A stretch of 44,608 nt of DNA from Chloroflexota bacterium (GTDB taxonomy: Bacteria; Chloroflexota; UBA6077; SHYK01). Positions 27,583-37,035 of the stretch are shown here, one piece after another. The notes below the pieces were generated by a model that was not told the origin of the DNA, searched no databases, and saw only the letters and a program-made list of their open reading frames with translations. The number at the start of each line of letters is the position of its first letter. Position 1 is the stretch's first letter. The DNA lies in NCBI GenBank assembly GCA_034666705.1, contig JAXDLH010000488.1, positions 1-44,608 on the forward strand, given 5' to 3'. Both the position numbers and the translations under genes were made by a program.

Positions 27583-28008
27583 ATGGTAGAAGGACTGACC
27601 GAGCTGCAGGCGCAGGTGCTCGTGACGCTTGTTGAGGGCTATGCCGCGCGAGAGGGCGTAAAGGAACGGCTCCGGGCGCTGAATGAGTGGGAGATTGCGC
27701 GGCGCTCCGGCTACACGGAAGCGAGCTTCGCTGAGTTTCAAGAACATCCGGCTCGCTTCGCCCAGCTACAGGCGTTGAGCGTCCTGCAGCGCCTCGGTCT
27801 CGTCACGGTCTGGGACCACGGCGGGTTCTATGATGCCTATGTGCCCACCCCGACCGGAGCCACGTCGGTACAGTCCCTCAACCCAGAGGTTGCCCCGGAG
27901 GCCGATCCCGAGGTCGGGCCGCTGGTGGCTATGGACACGATCGTTGAGCGGCTGGACGAGATCATCCGCCTGCTGCGCGCGCTGAACGACAAAGCTGGAG
28001 GGGCCTGA
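27583..28008 (+). CDS. hypothetical protein, possible winged-helix fold
   Basis: 141-aa ORF tightly spaced between neighbours; LTELQAQVL...LNEWEIARRSG pattern. Confidence 0.7.
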   Translation: MVEGLTELQAQVLVTLVEGYAAREGVKERLRALNEWEIARRSGYTEASFAEFQEHPARFAQLQALSVLQRLGLVTVWDHGGFYDAYVPTPTGATSVQSLNPEVAPEADPEVGPLVAMDTIVERLDEIIRLLRALNDKAGGA

Positions 28009-28011
28009 GCA

Positions 28012-28395
28012 ATGGCGACCTATATGGATGTCCTGGCCGAAGACAAAGAACGAATGCGACGCGGCCTGGAGGGACTTATCCAGGAGCAGGAACAGCGGGT
28101 TGGCGAGCTCACCAATGAGCTGCATTCCCTCATGCAACGGCTGGACCAGCTCATCCTCCGGACTTTGATCTATCGCAACACTTATGGCGCCGGCGGAACC
28201 GAGACGATGGCCGCGGAGACTGACACTGAGGAAGCAAGCAAGCCGGTCACCGAGGTTACGCGCCAGCTCGAGCGTGAGCGCGCGATGCTCAAGACGTACC
28301 GTGATGCGCTCGCCCAGATCACCAGCGGCGCGCCGCTCGAGGATCTCGGCAAGGGAAGCCGCAGGGAGGTGGCTGGCGCTGGGGGCGGCAGCTGA
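28012..28395 (+). CDS. hypothetical coiled-coil protein
   Basis: 127 aa with heptad-rich helices; GGAGG SD; 3 nt after the previous stop. Confidence 0.72.
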   Translation: MATYMDVLAEDKERMRRGLEGLIQEQEQRVGELTNELHSLMQRLDQLILRTLIYRNTYGAGGTETMAAETDTEEASKPVTEVTRQLERERAMLKTYRDALAQITSGAPLEDLGKGSRREVAGAGGGS

Positions 28396-28453
28396 CCATT
28401 ACGGGTGAGTGGCAGCGAAGCAACTGACGCGGAGCTCCTCTCAGAATCGCGGT

Positions 28454-28486
28454 TTGACATGATTTGGCCCGAGATGTAATCTCGGG
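28454..28486 (+). promoter_or_regulatory. sigma70-type promoter overlapped by a palindromic operator
   Basis: TTGACA-17-TAATCT, with the perfect inverted repeat CCCGAGAT-GTA-ATCTCGGG (28468-28486) covering the -10. Confidence 0.6.
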
Positions 28487-28604
28487 GGCACCAAAAGCGA
28501 AGTGCCGGCGCGCGAAGCGGAGAGAGACGTGCAGTTGGTTCATCCATCAGAGAAGCCGACAACGCCGCGCGTCGTCGCCACGTTGGCATAGCGTGAGCCG
28601 GTGG

Positions 28605-30313
28605 GTGAAGGCAAAGTACCTGCTTATCGTCGCACTTTTCGTGGTTGTCAGCTGCGCCCGCAGCGAGCCCGCGGTGGATCAGGCAGGAAGCCGGAGCAAT
28701 GAGGCGGCACCACGTGCCGATCGCACGCTGGTGCTCATCGCGCACGGCCAACCCGAGACGCTCGCCGACAAGGTGCCGTTGAAGACGACCGGCCTGCGGC
28801 TCACGACAACCCCGCGGGTGTTCAACGCCGGCCTCGCCTTGATCGACGCCGGCGATGCCGCGCATCCGTACCTCGTCGACGCCCTGCCGCAGCTCGGGAC
28901 AAACGATTGGCAGGTCTTCCCCGACGGCCGCATGGAAACCCGCTATCACCTGCGGGCGAATCTCACCTGGCACGACGGCGCACCTCTCACGGCGGACGAT
29001 TTCGCCTTCGCCTACCGGATATACAGCCAACCCCAGTTCGGCCACGCCGCGTTGCCGCCGCTGAAACAGATCGACGACGTCGTGGCGATTGACGAGCGTA
29101 CCCTGGTTATCCGCTGGAACGAGCCGTTCGCGAATGCGGCGCGTATCGATTCTGAGGATTTTCCGCCGCTCCCGCGGCACCTGCTCGACGCAGCATTCCG
29201 CGCCGATGCGCCTGAGGCGTTCGTGCACGAGCCGTTCTGGTCCACGGCCTACATCGCGGCCGGTCCGTACATGCTCGAGCGGTGGGAGCCAGGCGCCTTC
29301 ATCGAGGCGCGTGCGTTTCCTGGCCACGCACTCGGCGCGCCAAAGATCGGCCGGTTGCGCATTCAGATCTCCGGCGACCCGAACAGCGCGATGGCGACGC
29401 TGCTCGCCGGTGATGCGCACATGGCCGTGGATGGGGCGCTGGGCTTCCAGCAAGGTGCAGTATTGCGTCGCCAGTGGGTCGCCGACGGCCGCGGCGTCAT
29501 CATCTCCATTCCGGATGGATGGAGGCGAGTCGACGTGCAGCTTCGTCCCGACTACGTGGGTCCGCGCGCGCTGCTCGACGTGAATGTCCGCCGGGCCTTC
29601 GCCCACGCCGTCGATCGACAAGGACTTATCGATTCGCTCTACGAAGGGGAAGCACTGCTGGCCGACTCGTTCATTCCGCCTCAAGTGGACTTCTACCCGG
29701 GCGTGGATCAGGCCCTCGCCAAGTACCCGTTCGATCGGCGCCGCACCGACCAGCTCATGACTGACGCCGGATATCGCCGTGGCGCCGATGGCGTCTTCAC
29801 CGGAACGGCCGGGCGTTTCGCCGTGGAGCTCAAGACCAATGCCGATAGCGAAAGCCTCTCCGAGATGAGCGTGCTGGCGGCTGGCTGGCGGCAGGCCGGG
29901 TTCGACGTCCAGGAGGTTCCGGTTCCACCGGAGCTCGCAAGGTCGGGTGAGGTTCGCGGCTCCTTCCCCGGGCTCTACGTCGGAGGAGGCTTCGTGGGAG
30001 AGGATGCCCTCTCGGGTTTCACTTCGACGCGCATCGGCATGCCGGAGAATCGCTGGGTCGGCGGTAACCGCAGCGGCTGGGCGAGCTCGGGTACGACCGC
30101 GCGTTCGACGTCTTCAATGGCAGCCTGGACCGAGACGAGCGGAATCGGCAGATGACCGCGCAGGCTCGCCTCGTGTCGGAGGAGCTGCCCACGATCTCGC
30201 TCTACTTCCAGCCGCGCCTCATCGCCCACGTCGCCGCGTTGAGCGGCCCGCAGCCGCTCTCGCCGAACAGTGAGGTGAGCTGGAACATCCACGAATGGGA
30301 GTGGCGAGGGTAA
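28605..30313 (+). pseudogene. ABC transporter family-5 substrate-binding lipoprotein with a 1-nt frameshift near 30090 (pseudogene or sequencing error)
   Basis: Lipobox VVSC, LTWHDGAPLTADDF. After GWASS the paralog-like C-terminus (YDRAFDVFNGSLD...WNIHEWEWRG*) resumes in another frame at 30092 and stops at 30313. Confidence 0.85.
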
Positions 30314-30317
30314 CGCG

Positions 30318-31688
30318 ATGGCTCGATTCGCCGACATACACCACCTCTTCTACCCCGTGCGTGACCTCGCCCGCGCCGAGGCGTTCTACCGGGATGGCCT
30401 TGGCCTCACGCCCGCCGGGCGCGACCTCTGGCCAGGTGAGCCGCCGACGAGCACGCTAGGCAGCGCGGATGGCTACATAGTGCTCGCCGAAGTCTCCGAG
30501 GTGGCGTCGGACCCGCCGGGCGTCTACACGCACCTCCGGATGGACCCGCCGGCCTGGCGAGCCGCCCAGGAGCGCTGTCGAGCGATGGGCTATTGGCTGG
30601 AGGACGCGCTTCCCGGCGAGCTGCGGCCGCAAGGCGAGCTGAAATCGCACGTGCGCGATCCCGATGGCCACGTGCTGGAGATGCGCGCGTTCGAGCCGCA
30701 GGCGTTCGAGATAGCGCCGGCGGGCCGCGGCAAAATGGACGTTGGGCAGGTCGATGCCTTCGCCATCGGATCGGTCACGAGATTTCCGGACGGTCACTTT
30801 TACGTTATCCGGCTGCCGGCTGGCTTCCTCGTCCTCTCTGAGGTGTGCACTCACCAGCATTTCACGCTCTCCTACCAGCGTCAGCACCACCGCTTCCTGT
30901 GCCCAGTGCACAGTTGTCGCTACGCGCGCACCGGCCGCCTGCTCCGCTGCTACGGCGGTGCGGTGGGCATTCCGCCGCTGCTGGCGTATCCGGTGGAGAT
31001 CGCGGACGACCGAGTTGTCGTGGATACGGATTGCCTGGTCGAACGGACGGACGAGGCCGCCGACGAGCCGATGGTGCGACTCGACGCGTCAGGTGCCTGG
31101 AGGGCGGTCTCCACCGGGGGAATGGACGCATCCTCGACCGGCGCGAGTCGCGTCGGGGGCACGGACAGCACCGCGTCCTCCTTCATGGGTCCATCGCGCG
31201 CCGACCGGCGCGCGATTCCCGTGAGCGACCTCGCCCTCGCCGAGGAGTTCTATCAAGACGTGCTGGGCCCAATGCTCGGCGGCTACTACGTGATCAGTCG
31301 CTATCCCTGGACCACGATGGACCTGCGGCGTGGTCGGCAGCTCGCCCGGCTGCTCGCGCGACGCGACGGTGAAGACCTGGTCGGCCGGACACTGCACTAC
31401 ACGCGTGTGGTGGTCGGGCGAACTCACTTGATTCTGTACCTTACGGATGACGACGTGCAGGAGCCCCCAGCCGACCTGCACCGGGGGATACCGCGCGTTG
31501 CCATTGCGGTAACTGACGAGCAGATCGAGGATGCGATGCACCGTTTCGAGACGCGAGGAATCCCGTTCGAAGGACCGATTGCGCAACCCGAGGCTTGTCC
31601 AGCAGCGCGATCGGTCTATCTCAAGGACCCGTGTGGAAACTTTCTGGAGCTGTGCGTCCCTCGGTCGACCGCGGGTGCGAATCGATGA
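30318..31688 (+). CDS. VOC-Rieske[2Fe-2S]-VOC fusion protein
   Basis: VOC1 IHHLFYPVRDLARAEAFY...DPDGHVLE; Rieske CTHQ...CPVH; VOC2 IPVSDLALAEEFY...YLKDPCGNFLE. Confidence 0.82.
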   Translation: MARFADIHHLFYPVRDLARAEAFYRDGLGLTPAGRDLWPGEPPTSTLGSADGYIVLAEVSEVASDPPGVYTHLRMDPPAWRAAQERCRAMGYWLEDALPGELRPQGELKSHVRDPDGHVLEMRAFEPQAFEIAPAGRGKMDVGQVDAFAIGSVTRFPDGHFYVIRLPAGFLVLSEVCTHQHFTLSYQRQHHRFLCPVHSCRYARTGRLLRCYGGAVGIPPLLAYPVEIADDRVVVDTDCLVERTDEAADEPMVRLDASGAWRAVSTGGMDASSTGASRVGGTDSTASSFMGPSRADRRAIPVSDLALAEEFYQDVLGPMLGGYYVISRYPWTTMDLRRGRQLARLLARRDGEDLVGRTLHYTRVVVGRTHLILYLTDDDVQEPPADLHRGIPRVAIAVTDEQIEDAMHRFETRGIPFEGPIAQPEACPAARSVYLKDPCGNFLELCVPRSTAGANR

Positions 31689-33397
31689 TGCCTCGTGGTT
31701 CTCATCTGGCATTGATTGCCCTGACGATCCTCGTAGTTGCCTGTAGCACCAGCCCGACGCGCCCTCCAGCCAGCAACGAGCCGGGGACGCCAGCGCTGAC
31801 GGCGCCGGACCGCGAGCTGGTGATCATCTTCCGTGGTGAGCCCCGCACCCTTGCCGCCAAGGAGATTGCACCCGTCTCGGGCTTCACGCTGGTCAGCGCG
31901 CGCCGCCTGTTCAATGCGGGCCTTGCCCTGGTAGATGCGCAAGAGGTGCCTCGCCCCTACCTGGCGGAGTCGCTGCCAGAACTGAATACCGCGAGCTGGG
32001 AGCTGCTGCCTGACGGAGGGATGGAGACGCGGTATCGGCTGCGCGCTGGCCTGACGTGGCACGACGGCGCGCCTTTGACGGCGGATGACTTCGTATTCGG
32101 GTTCAAGGTGTACTCGGCGCCAAGCTCCAACCAGGCTGGACTGCCGCCGATCAATCAGATCGAGGCCGTACAGGCACCCGACGAGCGCACCGTCGTGATT
32201 CGTTGGCGTGCGCTCTATGCTGGCGCCGCGGGCATCGACGCGAACGGTTTTCAGCCGCTGCCCCGCCACATTCTCGAGCCGCTCTATACCGACGACGCCG
32301 ACGTCTTCGCCCGTCAGCCGTTCTGGACTACGGATTACCTCGGCGCCGGGCCCTACCGGCTGCAAAGCTGGCAACCGGGCGCATTCCTCGAGGCTACCGC
32401 CTTCGCCGACCATGCCCTCGGCAAGCCGCGAGTCAGCCGCGTCAAAGCGCTGTTCGTCGAAGACCCGAATGCGGCGCTCACCACGATGCTGGCCGGCGAC
32501 GCACACGCGGCGATCGGCGATGCCGTCGGCTATCAGCGCGGCCTCATTCTGCGCCAGCGCTGGGCAGCGAGCGGGGGCGGGACGGTGCTGACGCTGCCCA
32601 GCATCTGGCGGCAGATCGATCTCCAGCAGCGGCCAGACTACGTGCGGCCGCGGGCGCTGCTCGACCTCCGCGTGCGGCGTGCCCTCGCCTATGCGCTGGA
32701 CCGGCAGGAGCTCAACGAGACGATTTTCCAGGACGGAGTCATTCTCACCGACACGATGTTCTCGCGAGACATCGGCTCCTTCGCGGCGCTCGACGCTGCC
32801 GCGACGAAATACGCCTACGATCCGGTCCGCGCGGAGCAGCTCATGGGTGAGGCGGGCTTCCGCCGGGGACCGGGCGGCACGTTTGCTGACGCGACCGGGT
32901 CGGTCGGCTTCGAGCTGCGTTCCAATGGCGATGCGGAGAGCATCACCGAGATGGAGGGCATCGCCGGCCTCTGGCGGCGCGCCGGATTCGAGGTCGAGGA
33001 GCTGCCCGTGCCGCCGGCGCAGGCTCGCACTGGCGAGGCGCGCGGGGCGTTCCCCACCGCCTACGTCGGCGGCCGGTTCGTGGGTGAGTCGGAGCTTTCC
33101 AGTTTCACCACGAGCCAGATCTCGACGCCCGAGAACCGCTGGGTCGGACGGAATCGCTCTGGCTGGTCGACAGACGCGTACGATCGCCTTTTCGACGAAT
33201 TCAGCCGCACCCTGGATCGCACGCAACGGACCCAGCAGATCGCCACAATGGTGCGCATGCTCACCGACCAACTGCCCACGATCTCGCTCTACTTCTCACC
33301 CTCGACGTCAGCTTTCGTGGCCGACCTCGTCGGCCCCGCGGTAGCGGCACCTGGGAGCGACGTGACCTGGAATGTGCACGAGTGGTCATGGCGGTGA
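31685..33397 (+). CDS. ABC transporter family-5 substrate-binding lipoprotein
   Basis: Lipobox VVAC, PYLAESLP, LTWHDGAPLTADDF, GAGPY, RVRRALAYALDR; ATGA overlap with the upstream stop. Confidence 0.92.
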   Translation: MMPRGSHLALIALTILVVACSTSPTRPPASNEPGTPALTAPDRELVIIFRGEPRTLAAKEIAPVSGFTLVSARRLFNAGLALVDAQEVPRPYLAESLPELNTASWELLPDGGMETRYRLRAGLTWHDGAPLTADDFVFGFKVYSAPSSNQAGLPPINQIEAVQAPDERTVVIRWRALYAGAAGIDANGFQPLPRHILEPLYTDDADVFARQPFWTTDYLGAGPYRLQSWQPGAFLEATAFADHALGKPRVSRVKALFVEDPNAALTTMLAGDAHAAIGDAVGYQRGLILRQRWAASGGGTVLTLPSIWRQIDLQQRPDYVRPRALLDLRVRRALAYALDRQELNETIFQDGVILTDTMFSRDIGSFAALDAAATKYAYDPVRAEQLMGEAGFRRGPGGTFADATGSVGFELRSNGDAESITEMEGIAGLWRRAGFEVEELPVPPAQARTGEARGAFPTAYVGGRFVGESELSSFTTSQISTPENRWVGRNRSGWSTDAYDRLFDEFSRTLDRTQRTQQIATMVRMLTDQLPTISLYFSPSTSAFVADLVGPAVAAPGSDVTWNVHEWSWR

Positions 33398-33425
33398 TAG
33401 ACGCGCCGGTTTGCCGAAAGATCGC

Positions 33426-33453
33426 TTGCATTCTCCAGAAGCCGGCGTACAAT
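33426..33453 (+). promoter_or_regulatory. sigma70-type promoter of the amidohydrolase-aldolase pair
   Basis: TTGCAT-16-TACAAT about 40 nt upstream of GTG 33495. Confidence 0.5.
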
Positions 33454-33494
33454 GGCCGCCGGGCGCTGTGGGCATCACGCCCGGAGGCGAGAGC

Positions 33495-34646
33495 GTGGAG
33501 ATCAAGTACGGGCTGATCAGCGCCGACTCACACGTCGTGATCGATCGGGATGCCTACACTCGGCGCATGTCCGCGGACCGGTGGGGTGACCGCATCCCGC
33601 AGGTCGTGGAGACGACGCACAATGGGGCGCGGGTGGACGCCTGGCGCGTAGACGGTAAGCTGTTCAGTGTAGGCCGCGGCGTCGTCAACTGCCCTGCCGC
33701 GATGGACGACCCGGCCGCGCACCGCTATCCGCAACGGTGGGAGGAGGTCCCGCGTCGCGCATTCGACCCGCTCGAACGCATGGAGGCGCTGGATGCCGAC
33801 GGGGTTGACGCGGAGGTCCTCTTCGCCAACGATCCTGCTCGGTCCGCCTTCTACCAGTTCAAGGATGCGGCGTTCGAGCTCGCCTGTGTTCAGGCCTACA
33901 ACGACGCCCTCGCGGAGTGGCGGCAGGCGAGCGAGCGGTACATCCCGCTCGGCGTGATTCCATACCTCGGAGACGTCGCAGCGACCGTCGCCGAGGTCGA
34001 GCGGGTTGCCGAGCTCGGTCATCGGGGGATCGAGATCCAGGCCGATCCGAGCTCGGCGGTCAAGGGCGTGCCGCACATCAACGATCCATACTGGTACCCG
34101 CTATGGGACGCGTGCCAGGAGCTGGAGCTGCCAATCCATCTGCACGAGTCCGGCGGTCTGGCCGGGAGCATGAATTTTCCTCGTTGGAGCGGATACAGCG
34201 CGCCAGCGTACCACACGACGATGACCGTGCCGACGTGCTCCTTCCCCGCCCAGTTCTTTCCGAATCTAATCTTCTCGGGACTCGCCGACCGCTTTCCGCG
34301 CCTCAAGTGGGTTTCCGCCGAAACGGGGATCGGCTGGGTGCCCTACGTCCTGGAGGGATGTGACTACGAGTGGGAGCGCCGCCACCTGTGGACGGAGGGT
34401 CTGTTGACTCGGCCGAGCGACGTGTTTCGGCGGCAGATCTACGTCAACTTTTTCTTCGAGGTCGCCAACGTCCCGCTGCGGCACTGGATCGGGATCGACA
34501 ACATCATGTGGGAGTCGGACTACCCGCACACGGCCTCGAACTTTCCCCATTCACGCGAATACGTCGAGCGCGCGCTCCACAATGTGCCAGCCGACGAGCG
34601 CACGAAAATGCTGTTTGAGAACGCGATGCGGGTATACAAGCTGTGA
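33495..34646 (+). CDS. amidohydrolase family protein (Amidohydro_2)
   Basis: ISADSHV, DADGVDAEVLF, AYNDAL, LPIHLH, ETGIGW, IMWESDYPH; GGAGG SD before GTG. Confidence 0.92.
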   Translation: MEIKYGLISADSHVVIDRDAYTRRMSADRWGDRIPQVVETTHNGARVDAWRVDGKLFSVGRGVVNCPAAMDDPAAHRYPQRWEEVPRRAFDPLERMEALDADGVDAEVLFANDPARSAFYQFKDAAFELACVQAYNDALAEWRQASERYIPLGVIPYLGDVAATVAEVERVAELGHRGIEIQADPSSAVKGVPHINDPYWYPLWDACQELELPIHLHESGGLAGSMNFPRWSGYSAPAYHTTMTVPTCSFPAQFFPNLIFSGLADRFPRLKWVSAETGIGWVPYVLEGCDYEWERRHLWTEGLLTRPSDVFRRQIYVNFFFEVANVPLRHWIGIDNIMWESDYPHTASNFPHSREYVERALHNVPADERTKMLFENAMRVYKL

Positions 34647-34668
34647 GAGCCGTGTGGAGGAGGATTCC

Positions 34669-35631
34669 ATGATTACTGCCCAGGACCTGAGCGGTGTAAT
34701 GGCGATGATGCCGGCGTTCGCCACTGAGGACGCCGCGGATATCCGCGCGAAATCCACGATCGACGTCGACAATCTGCAGAGCGGCGTGGACCGCATCATC
34801 CGCGACGGCATCAATGTCATCGCGACGACCGGCAGCTATGGCGAGTTCCACACGCTGCTGTGGGACGAATTCGCGATGTTGACCCGGGCGACCATCGAGA
34901 TCACGAATCGGCGCGTGCCGCTGTTCATCGGGTGCACCGCACTGAACAGCCGCGAAGTCGTGCAGAAGATGCAGTTGGTGCAAGATGCCGGTGGAGAGGG
35001 CGTCCTCATCGGCGTGCCGTTTTACTTCCCCTCGACCGTCGACAACGTCGTCCAGTTCTACCGCGACGTCGCCGAGATGTTCCCCAGTCTGGCGATCATG
35101 ATCTATCATAACCCCCCGCTGCATAACGTCACGATCCCCGTCGACGCGTTCCGGCGCATCATGGAGAGTCCTAATGTGGTGGCCATGAAGGATAGCCACC
35201 GCGACGCGCTGCAGTTCATGAAGCTCATGGAGATCACCCAGGGCCGACTGCGCGTGTTCGTGAATCAGGGGCAGTACTACCCCTTCGCGACCCTGGGGGC
35301 GGCGGGCTGCTGGTCCATCGAGGCGTGGAACGGTCCGTGGCCATTGCTGCGGCTGCGCAACGCAATTGAAGCGGGCGATATCGAGACGGCGAAGCACATT
35401 ATTTTCGAGCTGACCACGAACGCCATCGGCGATCCGCACAATCTGAGCTGGCGCGAGACGGCAATGAAACTCGCCGCAGGATATGCCGGCTATTGCAATC
35501 CTGGTCCACTGCGTCCGCCCTTCGTCAACATTCCTGATGCGGTCGTGGAGGGGGCGAAGCGCCGCGCCGCGTACTGGAACGAGCTGAGCGCCAAATATCG
35601 TCCGCAAGTGGAGACACTCGCGGCCGTCTAA
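34669..35631 (+). CDS. DapA/NAL-family class I aldolase, NahE/PhdJ-like hydratase-aldolase
   Basis: GSYGEFHTL (GxxGE), IYHNP, Schiff-base Lys in VVAMKDSH, C-terminal YCNPGPLRPPF as in the NahE-like subgroup; GGAGGAGG SD. Confidence 0.85.
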   Translation: MITAQDLSGVMAMMPAFATEDAADIRAKSTIDVDNLQSGVDRIIRDGINVIATTGSYGEFHTLLWDEFAMLTRATIEITNRRVPLFIGCTALNSREVVQKMQLVQDAGGEGVLIGVPFYFPSTVDNVVQFYRDVAEMFPSLAIMIYHNPPLHNVTIPVDAFRRIMESPNVVAMKDSHRDALQFMKLMEITQGRLRVFVNQGQYYPFATLGAAGCWSIEAWNGPWPLLRLRNAIEAGDIETAKHIIFELTTNAIGDPHNLSWRETAMKLAAGYAGYCNPGPLRPPFVNIPDAVVEGAKRRAAYWNELSAKYRPQVETLAAV

Positions 35632-35707
35632 CTGCCAGGATCGCTAGAATCCAACCGCCGCGGGGGCGTCGCGAAGGACTGAGCGTCACAGGGGGCGAGC
35701 ACGACCA

Positions 35708-36895
35708 ATGGAGCTCCGATACGGCTTCATCAGTATGGACGACCACGTCCAGGAGCATCCGCGTGTCTGGCTCGATCGAGTGGCCTCATCCTGGGTCGCA
35801 CGTGTGCCGCACCTCGAGCGCCAGTCGGATGGCACCGACCGGTGGTTCCTGGACGGTGAGCCGCTGTCCCTTGCCAGCGCCGCGTCCGCGGCGGCGCTGA
35901 TGGCGGACCGCACCCGTGAGCCATTGCGGTGGGACGACGTCCCGCCTGCCGCGTACGTGCCTGCCGCGCGACTCCAGGCGATGGATGTGGATGGCGTAGA
36001 TGTCTCTGTGCTCTACCCCACGGTGCCTGGGATGGCCGGCGAGGTATTCGCGGCGCTGCGCGACTCGGCGCTCGAGCGTGTCTGTGTCGAGGCATACAAC
36101 GATTGGTTGGTCGATGAGTGGGCGGCCGCCAGCGAGCGCTTCGTGCCCCAGTGCATCGTGCCGCTATCGAGCATCGATGCTGCGGTGGCGGAGGCGCGGC
36201 GGGCTGTCAGCAGAGGTCATCGCGGCGTGCTCCTCCCCGCGATCCCCATGGATCTGCACGAGCTTCCCCACCTCAACGATGCGGCGTGGGACCCATTCTG
36301 GGCGACCTGTGAAGAGCTGCAGGTCCCGATCTGCTTCCATGCCGGCACGGCCAGCCGAATCGAGTTGGCGCCCCATGCGAGCTATACCCCGGCGTTGGCG
36401 GCCGCCCTGCGCGCCTTGACCCGCCCGGTCAGCACTGTCTTCGTGCTCATCAACTTCTTGCTCTCCCGCATTCTGCTGCGGCATCCGGGACTGCGCGCCG
36501 TGTTCGCGGAGAGCGGTATTGGCTGGGCGGCATACACGCTCGAGTATGCGGACCACCAGTTCGAGAAGGACCGGCTCTTCACGGAGTACGAGCTGAAGCC
36601 ATCTGAGATCTTCCAACGCCAGTGCTATCTCACCGCATCGTACGAGGATGCGAGCCTCGACACGCGGGCCTTCATCGGGATCGAGAACATTACGTGGGCC
36701 ACAAATTTTCCACTGGCGACCTCGACGTGGCCGAACACGCATACGACGGTGGCGCGCTGGGCGTCGCGGGTTACTGCCGACGAGCAGCGCAGTCTGCTAT
36801 GGGCCAATGCTGCGAAGCTGTATCGCATCGACGCATCGCGGGCGGAGGCAGATCCGGCATTGCAGCAAATGGCGGCGAGCCGGCCGCTTGACTGA
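35708..36895 (+). CDS. amidohydrolase family protein with degenerate active site
   Basis: Paralog of 33495 (ISMDDHV, MDVDGVD, AYNDWL, ICFH, ESGIGW), but ITWATNFPL replaces WESDYPH. Confidence 0.88.
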   Translation: MELRYGFISMDDHVQEHPRVWLDRVASSWVARVPHLERQSDGTDRWFLDGEPLSLASAASAAALMADRTREPLRWDDVPPAAYVPAARLQAMDVDGVDVSVLYPTVPGMAGEVFAALRDSALERVCVEAYNDWLVDEWAAASERFVPQCIVPLSSIDAAVAEARRAVSRGHRGVLLPAIPMDLHELPHLNDAAWDPFWATCEELQVPICFHAGTASRIELAPHASYTPALAAALRALTRPVSTVFVLINFLLSRILLRHPGLRAVFAESGIGWAAYTLEYADHQFEKDRLFTEYELKPSEIFQRQCYLTASYEDASLDTRAFIGIENITWATNFPLATSTWPNTHTTVARWASRVTADEQRSLLWANAAKLYRIDASRAEADPALQQMAASRPLD

Positions 36896-37035
36896 TCAAA
36901 TGGCTCATACCGGCAATGGGTCCTTCAAGTTGAGCGGCCGGCTCGCGGCGCTACCAGCGCCCCGCGCTGGCGTGGAATGCCGCGAGTCGGATGGGGATAT
37001 CCGTTAGCGACCCAGATCGCGGAAGGGAAACGTCG

